This document shows positions 18,001 to 27,115 of a stretch of 39,891 nucleotides of DNA, in pieces. Under the pieces are notes generated by a model. The model was given only the letters and a program-made list of their open reading frames with translations. It ran no database searches and was not told the origin of the DNA. A program made the position numbers and the translations under genes. The number at the start of each line of letters is the position of its first letter. The stretch's first letter is position 1. Origin of the DNA: Pseudomonadota bacterium (GTDB taxonomy: Bacteria > Bdellovibrionota_G > JALEGL01 > DATDPG01); NCBI GenBank assembly GCA_043804515.1, contig JAZDIZ010000085.1, forward strand, positions 1 to 39,891. Direction: 5' to 3'.

Positions 18001-18162
18001 GTACAGAGCGGAACGTTCGAAAACCATTTCGACGGATGTCCCCTGGTGCGTCTGGGAACCGTCACGTCGAAACCGGAATTCCGGGTGCTTTCCGGGGGAA
18101 GATGTGTCTTATCCCTACCGATGGCGGCGCTCGCGAGGGCATGGATGCGGCGGTTCATGTGA
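15007..18162 (+). CDS. purL: FGAM synthetase subunit PurL with N-terminal PurS-like extension
   Basis: QTWSEHCKHRIF, KVETHNTPS, DGIHGATFSS, DNGAGGLSSS, SESQERM, SGKDSM, HDISEGG; no glutaminase domain; true start may be GTG 15085. Confidence 0.93.
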   Translation: MEIGGVDWSYRKSVRVGDFPIYAVPSVFIDRVEVRPIRSDPLRHPLAVQVRRYLRVPVTGAEIFPVYWIRSNVKPPDTVIARWAEDIFSDPVLQSAIHSRRPRDYRFTRAPSYVLVIRFKPGVTDNVGHSATEALAVAAGRKAGNGVRVHSGKIVFLYGRLDASDSQRIAEGFLANALIEDVDVFPWREFNTSARFRNQRVPEVHLPPGVHTEHISLNLTDGEWEDLSTRNLWALSPGDFHRIRAHFAGDVVRKERVRIGLGREPTDVEMEIIAQTWSEHCKHRIFNAHIDYTETAGPGILLGDKAIDGLFPTFIAGVTRAIADRRRLSWLISVFSDNAGVVRFDPHVDLCAKVETHNTPSALDPYGGALTGILGVNRDILGCGMGARPIANTDVFCFAPPGRWAEKELPIGLKHPRRILEGVHAGVQDGGNKSGIPTVNGAFWFAPGYAGKPLVFCGTLGILPTQDIDGRAAARKAAKVGDILVMAGGAIGKDGIHGATFSSLELTEGSPATAVQIGDPMTQKRLLDFILEARDEGLYSCITDNGAGGLSSSIGEMARFTNGARIDVARAKTKYPGLRPFELVVSESQERMSLAVPPDRLDRFRDLAERRGVEISVLGELTDSGVFQIDFDGKTVGCLGLDFLHEPPLLRLTARWFRPTDAQLDLMGYTFGGGEKRPHRKPGNGTRFLKECLLGLLARPNICSKESLVRRYDHEVQAATHIKPFVGPRGRGPSDAGVIWMHPHGGGERSAVAVGCGIQPGLSDIDTFRMAQAALDEAVRNCVAVGGDVDHTALVDNFCWPDPVETPKNPLGSFKLAQLVRACRGLFDLADCYGTPFVSGKDSMKNDFVGKTSAGKPVKISVPPTLLVTAISRIEDISFTVTSEFKEPGHLVYLLGRTARGLAGSELSRMLDLAEAVLWEFEPETALTLYRRIFSAHRLGLLRSCHDISEGGLLVAAAEAAIGSNLGVHLEIEKPDAEHLLEFCYGEAPGRFLVSVEPVQSGTFENHFDGCPLVRLGTVTSKPEFRVLSGGRCVLSLPMAALARAWMRRFM

Positions 18163-18929
18163 ACGCACGGCCTCAAGTCCTCATCCTGGCGGGTGACGGC
18201 ATCAACTGCGAGCGCGAGACGGCGCGCGCTTTCTCGCTGGTGGGCGCCGAGAGCGTGATCCTGCATATCAACGACCTCCTGGAGGCTCCGGGTCGCATGA
18301 AACGCTTCCACGCGCTGGCCATTCCCGGGGGCTTTTCGTTCGGCGACGACCTGGGAAGCGGGCAGGTCCTGGCGTTGAAGATCCGGCACCATCTGCGCGA
18401 CGAGTTGGCGCGGTTTGTGGAGAAGCATAAGGCGGTCATCGGAATCTGCAACGGCTTCCAGGTGCTCGTGCGCTTGGGTCTCCTGCCGTACCCGTTCGGG
18501 AATCGCGTGATGGCGTTGGGACCCAACCGGTCGGGGACTTTTCTGAATCGATGGGTGGGTCTCTCGGTGAACTCGAAATCCCCGTGTATCTGGACGCGCG
18601 ACTTCGCACCAGTGGATCGTTTGGAACTCCCGATGCGGAACGCGGAGGGACGCGTGGTGTTTCGCGAGGGCCGGGAGAAAAAGATCCTCCGCGCGCTCGA
18701 AAAGGACAACCTGGTGGTTTTGAGGTATCGGGAGGATGTGAACGGCTCGTACGGGAGGATCGCGGGGGTTTGCGACCCCACCGGCTTGATCTTCGGCGTC
18801 ATGCCGCACCCCGAGGCTTTCCTGAGCAACCTGCTCCACCCGACGTTGAGTCAGTCCTCCGTGCGCTTCGGGCACGGCCTGGGGCTCAGATTCTTCACGA
18901 GCTGCATCCGTTTCTTACGGGAGAGTTGA
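18159..18929 (+). CDS. purQ: FGAM synthetase glutaminase subunit
   Basis: GINCERET, PGGFSFGDDLGSG, GICNGFQVL, GVMPHPE; GTGA overlap with the purL stop. Confidence 0.93.
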   Translation: MNARPQVLILAGDGINCERETARAFSLVGAESVILHINDLLEAPGRMKRFHALAIPGGFSFGDDLGSGQVLALKIRHHLRDELARFVEKHKAVIGICNGFQVLVRLGLLPYPFGNRVMALGPNRSGTFLNRWVGLSVNSKSPCIWTRDFAPVDRLELPMRNAEGRVVFREGREKKILRALEKDNLVVLRYREDVNGSYGRIAGVCDPTGLIFGVMPHPEAFLSNLLHPTLSQSSVRFGHGLGLRFFTSCIRFLRES

Positions 18930-18932
18930 ACG

Positions 18933-20543
18933 ATGGCTCATAATCCTGTGCTCATACGGCGGGCGTTGATCAGCGTATCAGACAAAGAAGGCTTGGACCG
19001 GCTCTCCGAATGTCTGCGCCGGTGGAACATCCGGGTGATCTCAACGGGAGGGACCGCCGCACGGCTTCGCGAACTCGGCCTGGATGTGACGGCCGTGGAG
19101 GAAATCACGGGTCGGCCGGAGGCTTTCGGGGGGCGGATGAAGACGTTGAGCTACGAGATCGCCTCGGCGCTACTCTACCGGCGGGAAGATCCGCAGGATG
19201 AGGCCGATGCTCGAAAGTTGGGCATCGCGCCCATCGACCTCGTGGTCTGCAATCTCTATCCGTTCGCCGCAGCCCGGGATCGGAAGGTTTCGGACGCTGA
19301 TCTGATCGAGAACATCGACATCGGGGGCCCCACAATGGTCCGGGCCGGAGCGAAGAATTTCGAGTCGTGCACCGTCGTGACGAGTCCCGCCCAATACGAT
19401 CGGTTGTTTCGAGAGCTTGACGCCGGGCGCGGCGCGACCACATGGGGATTCCGCCGCGAGTTGGCTCTTGAGGCCTTCGCTCACACGGCTTCGTACGAGG
19501 CGTCCATCGCCAACGAGCTGGGAGTCCGTTTCGCCGACAAGCCCGCCGGGCGGAGGACGTTCCTGGTTCTTGAATCTGCGGGGAACCTTCGGTACGGCGA
19601 AAACCCCCATCAGGCCGCCGCATTATACCGGTCCGTCGGCAGGGCAGGGCCGGGCGTAGCCACAGCCGAGGTTCTGCAAGGAAAAGCGCTCTCGTACAAC
19701 AACCTTCTGGACGCTGACGCGGCTTGGAAATGTGTTTGGGACGCGTGGCGCGCGGCCCGGAGCGAACCCGGGGCCGAATCGGTCGCGGCCGTGATCGTCA
19801 TCAAGCACGGAAATCCGTGCGGCCTCGCCGCTGCCGGGTCGGAACTCGAGGCCTTGAAATCGGCGTGGCAGGGAGATCCGGTGAGCGCGTTCGGCGGGAT
19901 CCTGGCGTTCACGTCCTCCGTTTCCGAAGCGGCCGCCACGGAGCTGGCGGACAAATTCCTTGAAGTGATCGTCGCCCCCGACTTTCAACCGGAAGCGATC
20001 AGGATTTTCGCGGGGAAAAAAAACCTCAGGCTCCTGAAAGTCCCGCCTTGTCCCGTCAACGCGCAAGAGAAAATCCTTCGAAGCGTGTCGGGAGGAATCT
20101 TGGAGCAGGAAGAAGATGAAGCGCTCGACACGGATCTGCGAACCGTGACGCGAGCCACGTTTCCCGCAACCCAGACGAGGCTCGTTCGATTCGGGATCGT
20201 CGCGGCCAAGTACCTCAAGAGCAACGCCATAGCCCTGGTCGGATCATCAGACGGGTTCAGGTTCGAACTTGTGGGCGCGGGGATGGGCCAGCCCAACCGC
20301 GTGGATAGTTTGAAGCGTCTGGCCGCTCCCCGAGCGCGCGAAAAGAACGCGGCAATGGGAGAACTCTTGCTGGTTTCGGACGCGTTCTTCCCCTTTGCCG
20401 ACTCGGTGGAAGCCGCGTTCGAGTGCGGTCTCCGGTACATCGTCCAGCCCGGGGGGAGCCTGAGGGATTCCGAGGTTGTTCAAGCCTGCGACCGACATGG
20501 AATCGCGATGATCTTCACCGGGAAAAGGCATTTTCGACATTGA
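18933..20543 (+). CDS. purH: bifunctional AICAR transformylase / IMP cyclohydrolase
   Basis: RALISVSDKEG, ENIDIGGPTMVR, LRYGENPHQ, KHGNPCG, SDAFFPF, QPGGS, GKRHFRH. Confidence 0.95.
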   Translation: MAHNPVLIRRALISVSDKEGLDRLSECLRRWNIRVISTGGTAARLRELGLDVTAVEEITGRPEAFGGRMKTLSYEIASALLYRREDPQDEADARKLGIAPIDLVVCNLYPFAAARDRKVSDADLIENIDIGGPTMVRAGAKNFESCTVVTSPAQYDRLFRELDAGRGATTWGFRRELALEAFAHTASYEASIANELGVRFADKPAGRRTFLVLESAGNLRYGENPHQAAALYRSVGRAGPGVATAEVLQGKALSYNNLLDADAAWKCVWDAWRAARSEPGAESVAAVIVIKHGNPCGLAAAGSELEALKSAWQGDPVSAFGGILAFTSSVSEAAATELADKFLEVIVAPDFQPEAIRIFAGKKNLRLLKVPPCPVNAQEKILRSVSGGILEQEEDEALDTDLRTVTRATFPATQTRLVRFGIVAAKYLKSNAIALVGSSDGFRFELVGAGMGQPNRVDSLKRLAAPRAREKNAAMGELLLVSDAFFPFADSVEAAFECGLRYIVQPGGSLRDSEVVQACDRHGIAMIFTGKRHFRH

Positions 20544-20554
20544 CGGGCGCATCG

Positions 20555-21568
20555 GTGCGAAGAATCGTGAATTACAAACGGGCCGGCGTGGACATCGACA
20601 AGGCCGACCGCCTGGTGGATTGGATCCGGGCGAGAGCTCGAACCACGCATGACGGCCGAGTTCGGGCCGGTGTGGGCGGCTTTGCAGCGCTCTACGATCT
20701 AGGAAGCGGCCGATACCTCGCCTCCGGCACTGACGGCGTGGGGACAAAACTCAAGATCGCGTTTCTGTTGGATCGGCACAAGACGATCGGCGTGGATCTG
20801 GTTGCGATGTGCGCAAACGACGTCATCTGTACGGGGGCAAGACCCATTTTCTTCCTGGATTACTTCGCCACCGGCAAGCTCAGCCTCCGCGTTTCGAAAG
20901 AAGTTCTGGGCGGAATCGCGGAGGGCTGCCGGCAGGCGGGCTGCGCACTCATCGGCGGTGAGACGGCGGAAATGCCGGGTTTTTACGCAGAAGGGGAGTA
21001 CGACGTGGCCGGCTTTTGCGTGGGCGAAGTGGATCGCGGCCGGCTCATCGCGGGAAAGTATCTGCGCGCGGGCGATCTCCTGGTGGGGATCGGATCGTCG
21101 GGGTTTCATTCCAACGGCTTTTCGCTGATCCGAAGGTGGGTGAAGCCCACGGAGAAGCGACTGCTGAACGAACTCCTCACGCCCACGCGGATCTATGTGT
21201 CGAGCGTTTTAGGTCTTGTGGATCGCTTTGGCCGGTCGATCAAAGGTCTTGCGCACATCACAGGCTCGGGGCTTTTGAACGTGCCGCGCATCCACCCGGG
21301 TTTCGATTACGAGATCCTGAGCCTGCCGGATCTTTCGGAATTGCCCCCCATCATCGCTACGATGACGCAACGGTCGGGGCTCCGGCCGCGCGAGCTCTAT
21401 AAGACGTTCAACATGGGAATCGGGATGGTCGTTGCGACCGATCGCGCGGAAGACGTGTGCCGGTATCTGAAAGGGCGGGGGGAACGGGCTTGGGTGTTGG
21501 GCGAGGTCGTTCGAGGGGGCGGTCGCGTGCGCGTGAACCACCCCTCGGGATCGTTCGTTCTTCGGTAG
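20555..21568 (+). CDS. purM: AIR synthetase (phosphoribosylformylglycinamidine cyclo-ligase)
   Basis: YKRAGVDI, TDGVGTKL, GGETAEMPG, SSGFHSNGFSL, AHITGSG, TFNMGIG; start GTG 20555 or 20567. Confidence 0.95.
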   Translation: MRRIVNYKRAGVDIDKADRLVDWIRARARTTHDGRVRAGVGGFAALYDLGSGRYLASGTDGVGTKLKIAFLLDRHKTIGVDLVAMCANDVICTGARPIFFLDYFATGKLSLRVSKEVLGGIAEGCRQAGCALIGGETAEMPGFYAEGEYDVAGFCVGEVDRGRLIAGKYLRAGDLLVGIGSSGFHSNGFSLIRRWVKPTEKRLLNELLTPTRIYVSSVLGLVDRFGRSIKGLAHITGSGLLNVPRIHPGFDYEILSLPDLSELPPIIATMTQRSGLRPRELYKTFNMGIGMVVATDRAEDVCRYLKGRGERAWVLGEVVRGGGRVRVNHPSGSFVLR

Positions 21569-21666
21569 ATCCCGGTACGACAGCTTTTGTGTGTCACCGG
21601 TTCTTACAAGGATAGAAATCTTCCCGGAAGTATGATCGAATCCCGACCGGGCGGGATCGGACAGGC

Positions 21667-23148
21667 ATGTGCGGAATCATCGGATTGTGCGGCACCTCAA
21701 ACGCCTCTCAAAAGGTGTTTAGGGGGCTCCTCACGCTGCAACACCGGGGCCAGGACGCCGCCGGCATTCTCACGTACGACTATTTCTCCCGGCGCTTCTT
21801 TCTGATCAAGAAGTCGGGTTTGGTCGCGCAGGTATTCGACCGCTCCGATCTGGAGAGCCTGAGAGGCACGACGGCGATCGGTCACACCCGCTACTCCACT
21901 GTGGGAAAAGGAGAAGAGATCGACGTTCAGCCGCTTGTTCTGAACTACCCGTTCGGAATCGGGATGGTGCACAACGGGAACGTGGTCAACTACCACGATC
22001 TGGCGCGCCGTCTCCTGGAAGAACGGCACCGACAAATGCTCACAACCAACGATGTGGAGATCATCCAAAACATTTTTGCCGAGGGGCTCACACAGACCGG
22101 CTCCGGCGGCGGGAGTCCAAAGCTGGAAGATCTGGCACGGGCGGTCGATCAAGTCTTCCGGGCCGTGGTGGGCGGCTATTCCGTGATCGGAATCATCGCC
22201 GAACAGGGGTTGATCGGTTTCCGCGATCCGCACGGGATCCGGCCCCTCGTTCTGGGTGAAAAGGACGGTGCCGGCGGAGGGCAGAAAACGTACGGCTTGG
22301 CCTCGGAATCGATAGCACTCCAGGTCCTCGGCTACCGTGTTCTGAGGGACCTTCTGCCGGGGGAACTGGTCTTCGTCAACGCGGAGGGGAAACTCACGTC
22401 CAAGGTCGTCCAATCCCTGGCACCCAGACCGTGCATGTTCGAGTGGGTTTATTTCGCAGGGGCGGAAAGTATCTTGAGTGAGCGGGCGGTGTACGGTGTG
22501 CGGTTGAACCTCGGGCGTGAACTCGCCCGGATCGTGGCGGAACTCAGACGGAAGGGGACAATTAAACCCGACATCGTCGTTCCGATACCGGAAACCAGTC
22601 GCTCGGCGGCCGTGAGTCTGGCTGAGGAACTCAAAATCCCGTACCGAGAGGGGCTCATCAAAAACCGGTACATTCAGCGCAGTTTTATTCTTCAAACCCA
22701 GGAAGCCCGGCAGGAGGCCGTGGAACTGAAACTGAACCCGGTGCGCAGCGAAATCGAAGGAAAGAACCTGCTGTTGGTGGACGACAGCATCGTGCGCGGC
22801 AACACGTCGCGAAAAATCGTGAGCCTTGTCCGCAGTGCGGGGGCCCGGGAGGTTTACTTTGCTTCCACCTGCCCTCCCATTCGCTACCCCTGTTACTACG
22901 GGATCGATTTTCCCTTGAGCGAAGAGTTGATCGCTCATAACCGCGATGAACAGGCCATTGCCGAATCCGTGCAAGCGGATCGCGTCATCTATATGGACGT
23001 CCCGGGCCTTCAAAGGGCGATCGGCCTGGATTCCCTCTGCATGGCCTGTCTTAACATGGACTACCCGACGGACGTGAGCGCCGCCCAGGACTTCGGGGAA
23101 TGGCGGATCCGCGACCGTTCCGCGGCGGATCGGAAAGGCACGGCGTGA
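21667..23148 (+). CDS. purF: amidophosphoribosyltransferase
   Basis: N-terminal MCGI, LQHRGQDAAG, GHTRYST, HNGN, VDDSIVRGNT, YGIDFP. Confidence 0.96.
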   Translation: MCGIIGLCGTSNASQKVFRGLLTLQHRGQDAAGILTYDYFSRRFFLIKKSGLVAQVFDRSDLESLRGTTAIGHTRYSTVGKGEEIDVQPLVLNYPFGIGMVHNGNVVNYHDLARRLLEERHRQMLTTNDVEIIQNIFAEGLTQTGSGGGSPKLEDLARAVDQVFRAVVGGYSVIGIIAEQGLIGFRDPHGIRPLVLGEKDGAGGGQKTYGLASESIALQVLGYRVLRDLLPGELVFVNAEGKLTSKVVQSLAPRPCMFEWVYFAGAESILSERAVYGVRLNLGRELARIVAELRRKGTIKPDIVVPIPETSRSAAVSLAEELKIPYREGLIKNRYIQRSFILQTQEARQEAVELKLNPVRSEIEGKNLLLVDDSIVRGNTSRKIVSLVRSAGAREVYFASTCPPIRYPCYYGIDFPLSEELIAHNRDEQAIAESVQADRVIYMDVPGLQRAIGLDSLCMACLNMDYPTDVSAAQDFGEWRIRDRSAADRKGTA

Positions 23149-23921
23149 GAATCCAGGTTTTTTTCGGAAGCCGTTCGGACGAGAGAGTCTACACGGCCCT
23201 CGCTGACGGCCTCGGCGCCCTGGGCCTTGATGTCCGCTTGGATGTCATCTCGGCTCACCGCGAGCCGGAGGAACTTTCGAACCGCACGAAAGCTTCGGAC
23301 GCGGACGTGTTCGTCTGCGGTGCGGGCTTGGCGGCCCATCTCCCGGGCGCGGTGGCGTCCAGAACGCTGAAACCCGTTTTCGGCGTTCCGGTTTCGTCCC
23401 AGCTCGGCGGTCTGGATGCCTTTCTGTCGATCCTGCAAATGCCCGCGGGGATACCCGTTCTGGCCGTGGCTCCCGATGCGGCCGCGAACGTGGTGGGATT
23501 TCTGCGAATGTTTGTGCGGTCCGGGCGCCTCGCGCGGGTCCGGATCGTGCTTCCGGTCGACGCTCGGGAGCGGCCCGAAATCCGAAAGGAACTGGATCAC
23601 GTTTCCGGCTTAGGGAAGCGCTCTGGCATAGCCGTCGCCGTAGGGACGATCTGTGAGCCCGGAGCATGGAATCTTGTCGGGGTTCCGATCGATCGCCACG
23701 CGGAGGGACGAGTTTCGACCGATGACGTTCTCGTGATCCGAGTACCCCTTCTCGAACCGGCGGAAATTCAACATCCGGAAACGGCCGTACGCCTCCTGCG
23801 TGCGGCGACCGAAGGAGTCTGGGTAGGGATTTCGAATTTTCGAAATGCGTTTCTGGCCGCTTTGCGATGGATGAACAACGGCGCGTGGAACGAGTTTCTA
23901 GCTTCTCAAGCGAGGGGGTGA
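23145..23921 (+). CDS. purE: PurE (N5-CAIR mutase-type motifs) with ~100-aa C-terminal extension
   Basis: GSRSD, ISAHR, GAGLAAHLPGAVAS, GLDAFLSILQMPAGIPV; GTGA overlap with purF; 258 aa. Confidence 0.85.
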   Translation: MRIQVFFGSRSDERVYTALADGLGALGLDVRLDVISAHREPEELSNRTKASDADVFVCGAGLAAHLPGAVASRTLKPVFGVPVSSQLGGLDAFLSILQMPAGIPVLAVAPDAAANVVGFLRMFVRSGRLARVRIVLPVDARERPEIRKELDHVSGLGKRSGIAVAVGTICEPGAWNLVGVPIDRHAEGRVSTDDVLVIRVPLLEPAEIQHPETAVRLLRAATEGVWVGISNFRNAFLAALRWMNNGAWNEFLASQARG

Positions 23922-23923
23922 CG

Positions 23924-25114
23924 ATGCTTCCCGAAATCATCTACCGCGGTTCCGTCAAGAACGTTCGGGGCGTTGCGGGCCAAAGCCCATACGTGTTCGA
24001 GTATTCGGATCGCTATTCCGTTTTCGATTGGGGAGAGATGCCCGACCACATCGAGGGAAAGGGCAAGGCCCTCGCCGTGATCGCGGATCTCCTGTTTCGC
24101 TTTCTGAACGACGCCCGAAGCTGGCAACCCGAATTTCTTCCGGCTGACCTCCCTCCGGAGGTGTCCGACTCTTTGAGGCGATCGGACCAGTTCCGGAAGC
24201 TGCAACGGGAGGGATTGAAACATCACAGTAACGGATTGGTGGACGAGGACGGAAGGCCGGTACGGGCCGGGAATCGAAGCCGGTATCTGTCAGTCATGCC
24301 CGTTCAGGTGGTCCGGCCGCGACCCATTAAAGGAGACGGACAGCTGTTGTGGGATTACAGCGCGTTTGGAGATCCCGCTTTTCTTGGGTTGATCCCTTTG
24401 GAGGTGATCTTCCGTTTCGGGACGCCGGTCGGGAGTTCGCTCGTGGAACGCGTGTCAAAGGATCCTTCGTATTTGGACGATCTGGGCCTCACGACGGCCC
24501 CGAAAGTCGGGGACAGGTTCTCGGCGCCGCTGGTGGAATTTTCCTCGAAGCTGGAACCCACGGACCGCTTTGTGCGCCGGGCGCAGGCGCGGGACATGGC
24601 CGGGTTCTCTTCAGACGAATTCCGGCGCTTTGAGGGACTTGTGAGCCTTCTGGCGCTCCGGTTGAAGGAGCTCTTTCTTACCGCGTGCGATCTGGAGCTG
24701 TGGGACGGGAAGTTCGAGTTCGCGTTTGTGGCCGGCCATGGGGGTGAGCGGGATTTCATGTTGGTGGACTCCATCGGACCCGACGAGCTCCGCGTTCTGC
24801 GCCAAGAGGTTCAACTCTCGAAGGAGTTGTTGCGGCAGTTCTACCAACCCACGGCTTGGTACGAGAACATGAAGCGTGCCAAAGAGATCGCCCGGTCCAG
24901 GGGCTCGATGGACTGGAAACGCATCTGCCGCGAGGAGCTCAAAAGCGAGCCCGAAAAGCTCACGCCGGAAATCAGGGACTTGGCCGAGCAGATTTACCCC
25001 TCGATCGCGAACTCTTTGGCTCGCTGGATCGGCGAACCCGAGCCTTTTTCCGAAGCACCGTCCGTCCGCGAGCTGGTGGAGCGAGTTCGGTCGTGCACTG
25101 GGATCCGCCCGTGA
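23924..25114 (+). CDS. purC: SAICAR synthetase, long form
   Basis: YRGSVKN, YSDRYSVFD, GKG, IPLEVIFR, DGKFEF, DSIGPDELR, SKELLRQFY. Confidence 0.9.
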   Translation: MLPEIIYRGSVKNVRGVAGQSPYVFEYSDRYSVFDWGEMPDHIEGKGKALAVIADLLFRFLNDARSWQPEFLPADLPPEVSDSLRRSDQFRKLQREGLKHHSNGLVDEDGRPVRAGNRSRYLSVMPVQVVRPRPIKGDGQLLWDYSAFGDPAFLGLIPLEVIFRFGTPVGSSLVERVSKDPSYLDDLGLTTAPKVGDRFSAPLVEFSSKLEPTDRFVRRAQARDMAGFSSDEFRRFEGLVSLLALRLKELFLTACDLELWDGKFEFAFVAGHGGERDFMLVDSIGPDELRVLRQEVQLSKELLRQFYQPTAWYENMKRAKEIARSRGSMDWKRICREELKSEPEKLTPEIRDLAEQIYPSIANSLARWIGEPEPFSEAPSVRELVERVRSCTGIRP

Positions 25115-26412
25115 GCGGAACCCGGAACGTTCTGCTGCTCGGATCCGGAGGAAGGGAGCACGCCCTCGCGTGGAAATTCCGCAGCTCACCGCTTGCGGGT
25201 CGGATATTCGTCGCCCCGGGGAACGCCGGGATGGCCCGGGACAAGGGTCTCCTTCCGGTTCCGATGAATCCATCGGATTTTGGAGAAGTCGCCCGATTCT
25301 GCCGGACGGAGAAAATCGATTTTGTCATGGTGGGGCCGGAGGAGCCTCTGGCCCGGGGGGTTGTGGATCACCTGCGGAAAGAGGGGGTTCCTGTTCTGGG
25401 ACCCAGCCGGTCCGCGGCACGGTTGGAAGCCAGCAAGTCGTTCGCGAAAGAGTTGATGCGGGAGCTTTCCATCCCCACGGCGGATTTCGGTGTCTTTCAT
25501 TGCCCGGAAGAGGCCGCGGATTTCCTTGAGAAACAGGCGTGGAGCGACGGCGCCGTCGTGAAAGTGGACGGCCTCGCGGCAGGGAAGGGCGTCGCCGTCT
25601 GTTCCACGACTCCGGAAGCCGTTCAGGCCGTCCGGGATTTCATGGTCGGTAAGAAACTGGGGTTCAACGCCGAAACCGTCGTCGTGGAGCGCGTTCTTCA
25701 CGGTCGGGAGGTCTCGGCGTTCGCACTCTGCGATGGCAGGACTTTTCTGGAACTGGGCTTCGCATGCGATCACAAGAGGCTTTTGGACGGCAACCGGGGT
25801 CCGAACACCGGAGGGATGGGAGCTTACTCACCCGTTTCCTGGCTGACCGAGCCGATGCGGCGCCGGATCTCCGACACCGTCTTTTTGCCGTTGATCTCGC
25901 ATATGGTGAAAATCGGGGATCCTTTCACGGGGATTCTTTTCGCCGGTCTCATGATCGCGGAGCCAGGGCCGTTCGTCCTGGAATTCAATGTGCGGGCGGG
26001 TGATCCCGAGACGCAGGCTCAGATACCGCTGATCGAAGCCGATTTTCTGGACCTTTGCATCCGGGCTGCGGAAGGACATTTGGAGGGTCGGAGAATCACG
26101 CTCCGAACTGGCGCGTGCGTGCACGTGGTGATGGCCGCTCGCGGTTATCCGGGGCTGGACGGGCCCGTTCGAAAAGGAGATGAGATTCTTCTCCGGTCAT
26201 CGGACACGGGCCGCAAAGAGGAAGACTGGAAAATCTTTTTCGCCGGCGTCGGTCGGAGTCCCTCGGGAAACCTTCTGACCGCGGGAGGCCGTGTTTTGGG
26301 TGTGAGCGCGTGGGGTGCGTCTCTGGCCGAGGCCCGCGAAAAGGCGTACGGGTGCGTCGACCGGATCCGGTTCGAAGGATCCCACTTCCGACGGGACATC
26401 GGAGTCGTATGA
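25111..26412 (+). CDS. purD: phosphoribosylamine-glycine ligase
   Basis: GSGGREHALA, APGNAG, VGPEEPL, DGLAAGKGV, GPNTGGMGAYSP, EFNVRAGDPETQ, GGRVL; GTGA overlap. Confidence 0.96.
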   Translation: MSGTRNVLLLGSGGREHALAWKFRSSPLAGRIFVAPGNAGMARDKGLLPVPMNPSDFGEVARFCRTEKIDFVMVGPEEPLARGVVDHLRKEGVPVLGPSRSAARLEASKSFAKELMRELSIPTADFGVFHCPEEAADFLEKQAWSDGAVVKVDGLAAGKGVAVCSTTPEAVQAVRDFMVGKKLGFNAETVVVERVLHGREVSAFALCDGRTFLELGFACDHKRLLDGNRGPNTGGMGAYSPVSWLTEPMRRRISDTVFLPLISHMVKIGDPFTGILFAGLMIAEPGPFVLEFNVRAGDPETQAQIPLIEADFLDLCIRAAEGHLEGRRITLRTGACVHVVMAARGYPGLDGPVRKGDEILLRSSDTGRKEEDWKIFFAGVGRSPSGNLLTAGGRVLGVSAWGASLAEAREKAYGCVDRIRFEGSHFRRDIGVV

Positions 26413-27041
26413 CCTCGACGATCGGAGCGGCGGTCTTCGCCTCCGGGGAAGGCACGAACGCGGAGGCCTTGGTCCGCCATGCGCAAACCCGCCCGGACGC
26501 ATTGGCGATTCCTTGCGGGATCACGGATCAACCCCGGGCCGGCGTGATTGCCCGGTTGAGCGGCCTGGGCGTTCCCGTCCACGTGCTTCCCTTCGCGCGA
26601 CGTGCGTCCGAGACGGTGACCGAGGCGAAGGCCAGCCATGAAGCGGCGATCCTCGGGAAATTAGCGCCGTACGCCGTGGAGTGGATTTTTCTGGCGGGTT
26701 ACATGCGGATTCTGTCTTCCGATTTCGTGAGCCGATTTGTGCGCCCCGGGGAACCCCGCTCACGCATCCTGAATATTCACCCCGCGCTCCTCCCCGAGTT
26801 CCCGGGCCTGGACGCGTACCGTAGGGCGTTCCGGGCGGGAGTGCCCCGAAGCGGCGTGACGGTTCATTTCGTGGACGCGGGGGTGGACACAGGGCCGATT
26901 CTGCTTCAACGAACCTTCCCCCGTTTGCCGGGGGATACGCTCGAGAGCTTTATAGCCAGGGGCAAGACGTTGGAACACACGCTGTATGCGGAAGCGGTGG
27001 ACCGGGTGATCCGCGGAGCGCCGATACGGTGGCCGCCTTGA
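26409..27041 (+). CDS. purN: phosphoribosylglycinamide formyltransferase
   Basis: FASGEGTN, LAGYMRIL, NIHPALLPEFPG, GVTVHFVDAGVDTGPI; ATGA overlap. Confidence 0.95.
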   Translation: MTSTIGAAVFASGEGTNAEALVRHAQTRPDALAIPCGITDQPRAGVIARLSGLGVPVHVLPFARRASETVTEAKASHEAAILGKLAPYAVEWIFLAGYMRILSSDFVSRFVRPGEPRSRILNIHPALLPEFPGLDAYRRAFRAGVPRSGVTVHFVDAGVDTGPILLQRTFPRLPGDTLESFIARGKTLEHTLYAEAVDRVIRGAPIRWPP

Positions 27042-27115
27042 TGGAAAACCTCGTGCGCGCGGCCCGATTCGCCGCGGGCGTCGGCACACAGGGATACAAG
27101 TTCTGACACACCGGC

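Noticed and set aside
21569..21666. Internal promoter or hairpin before purF (TATGAT at 21631; ATCCCG/CGGGAT stem)
   Set aside because: No convincing -35 at the right spacing, and the stem is only 6 bp
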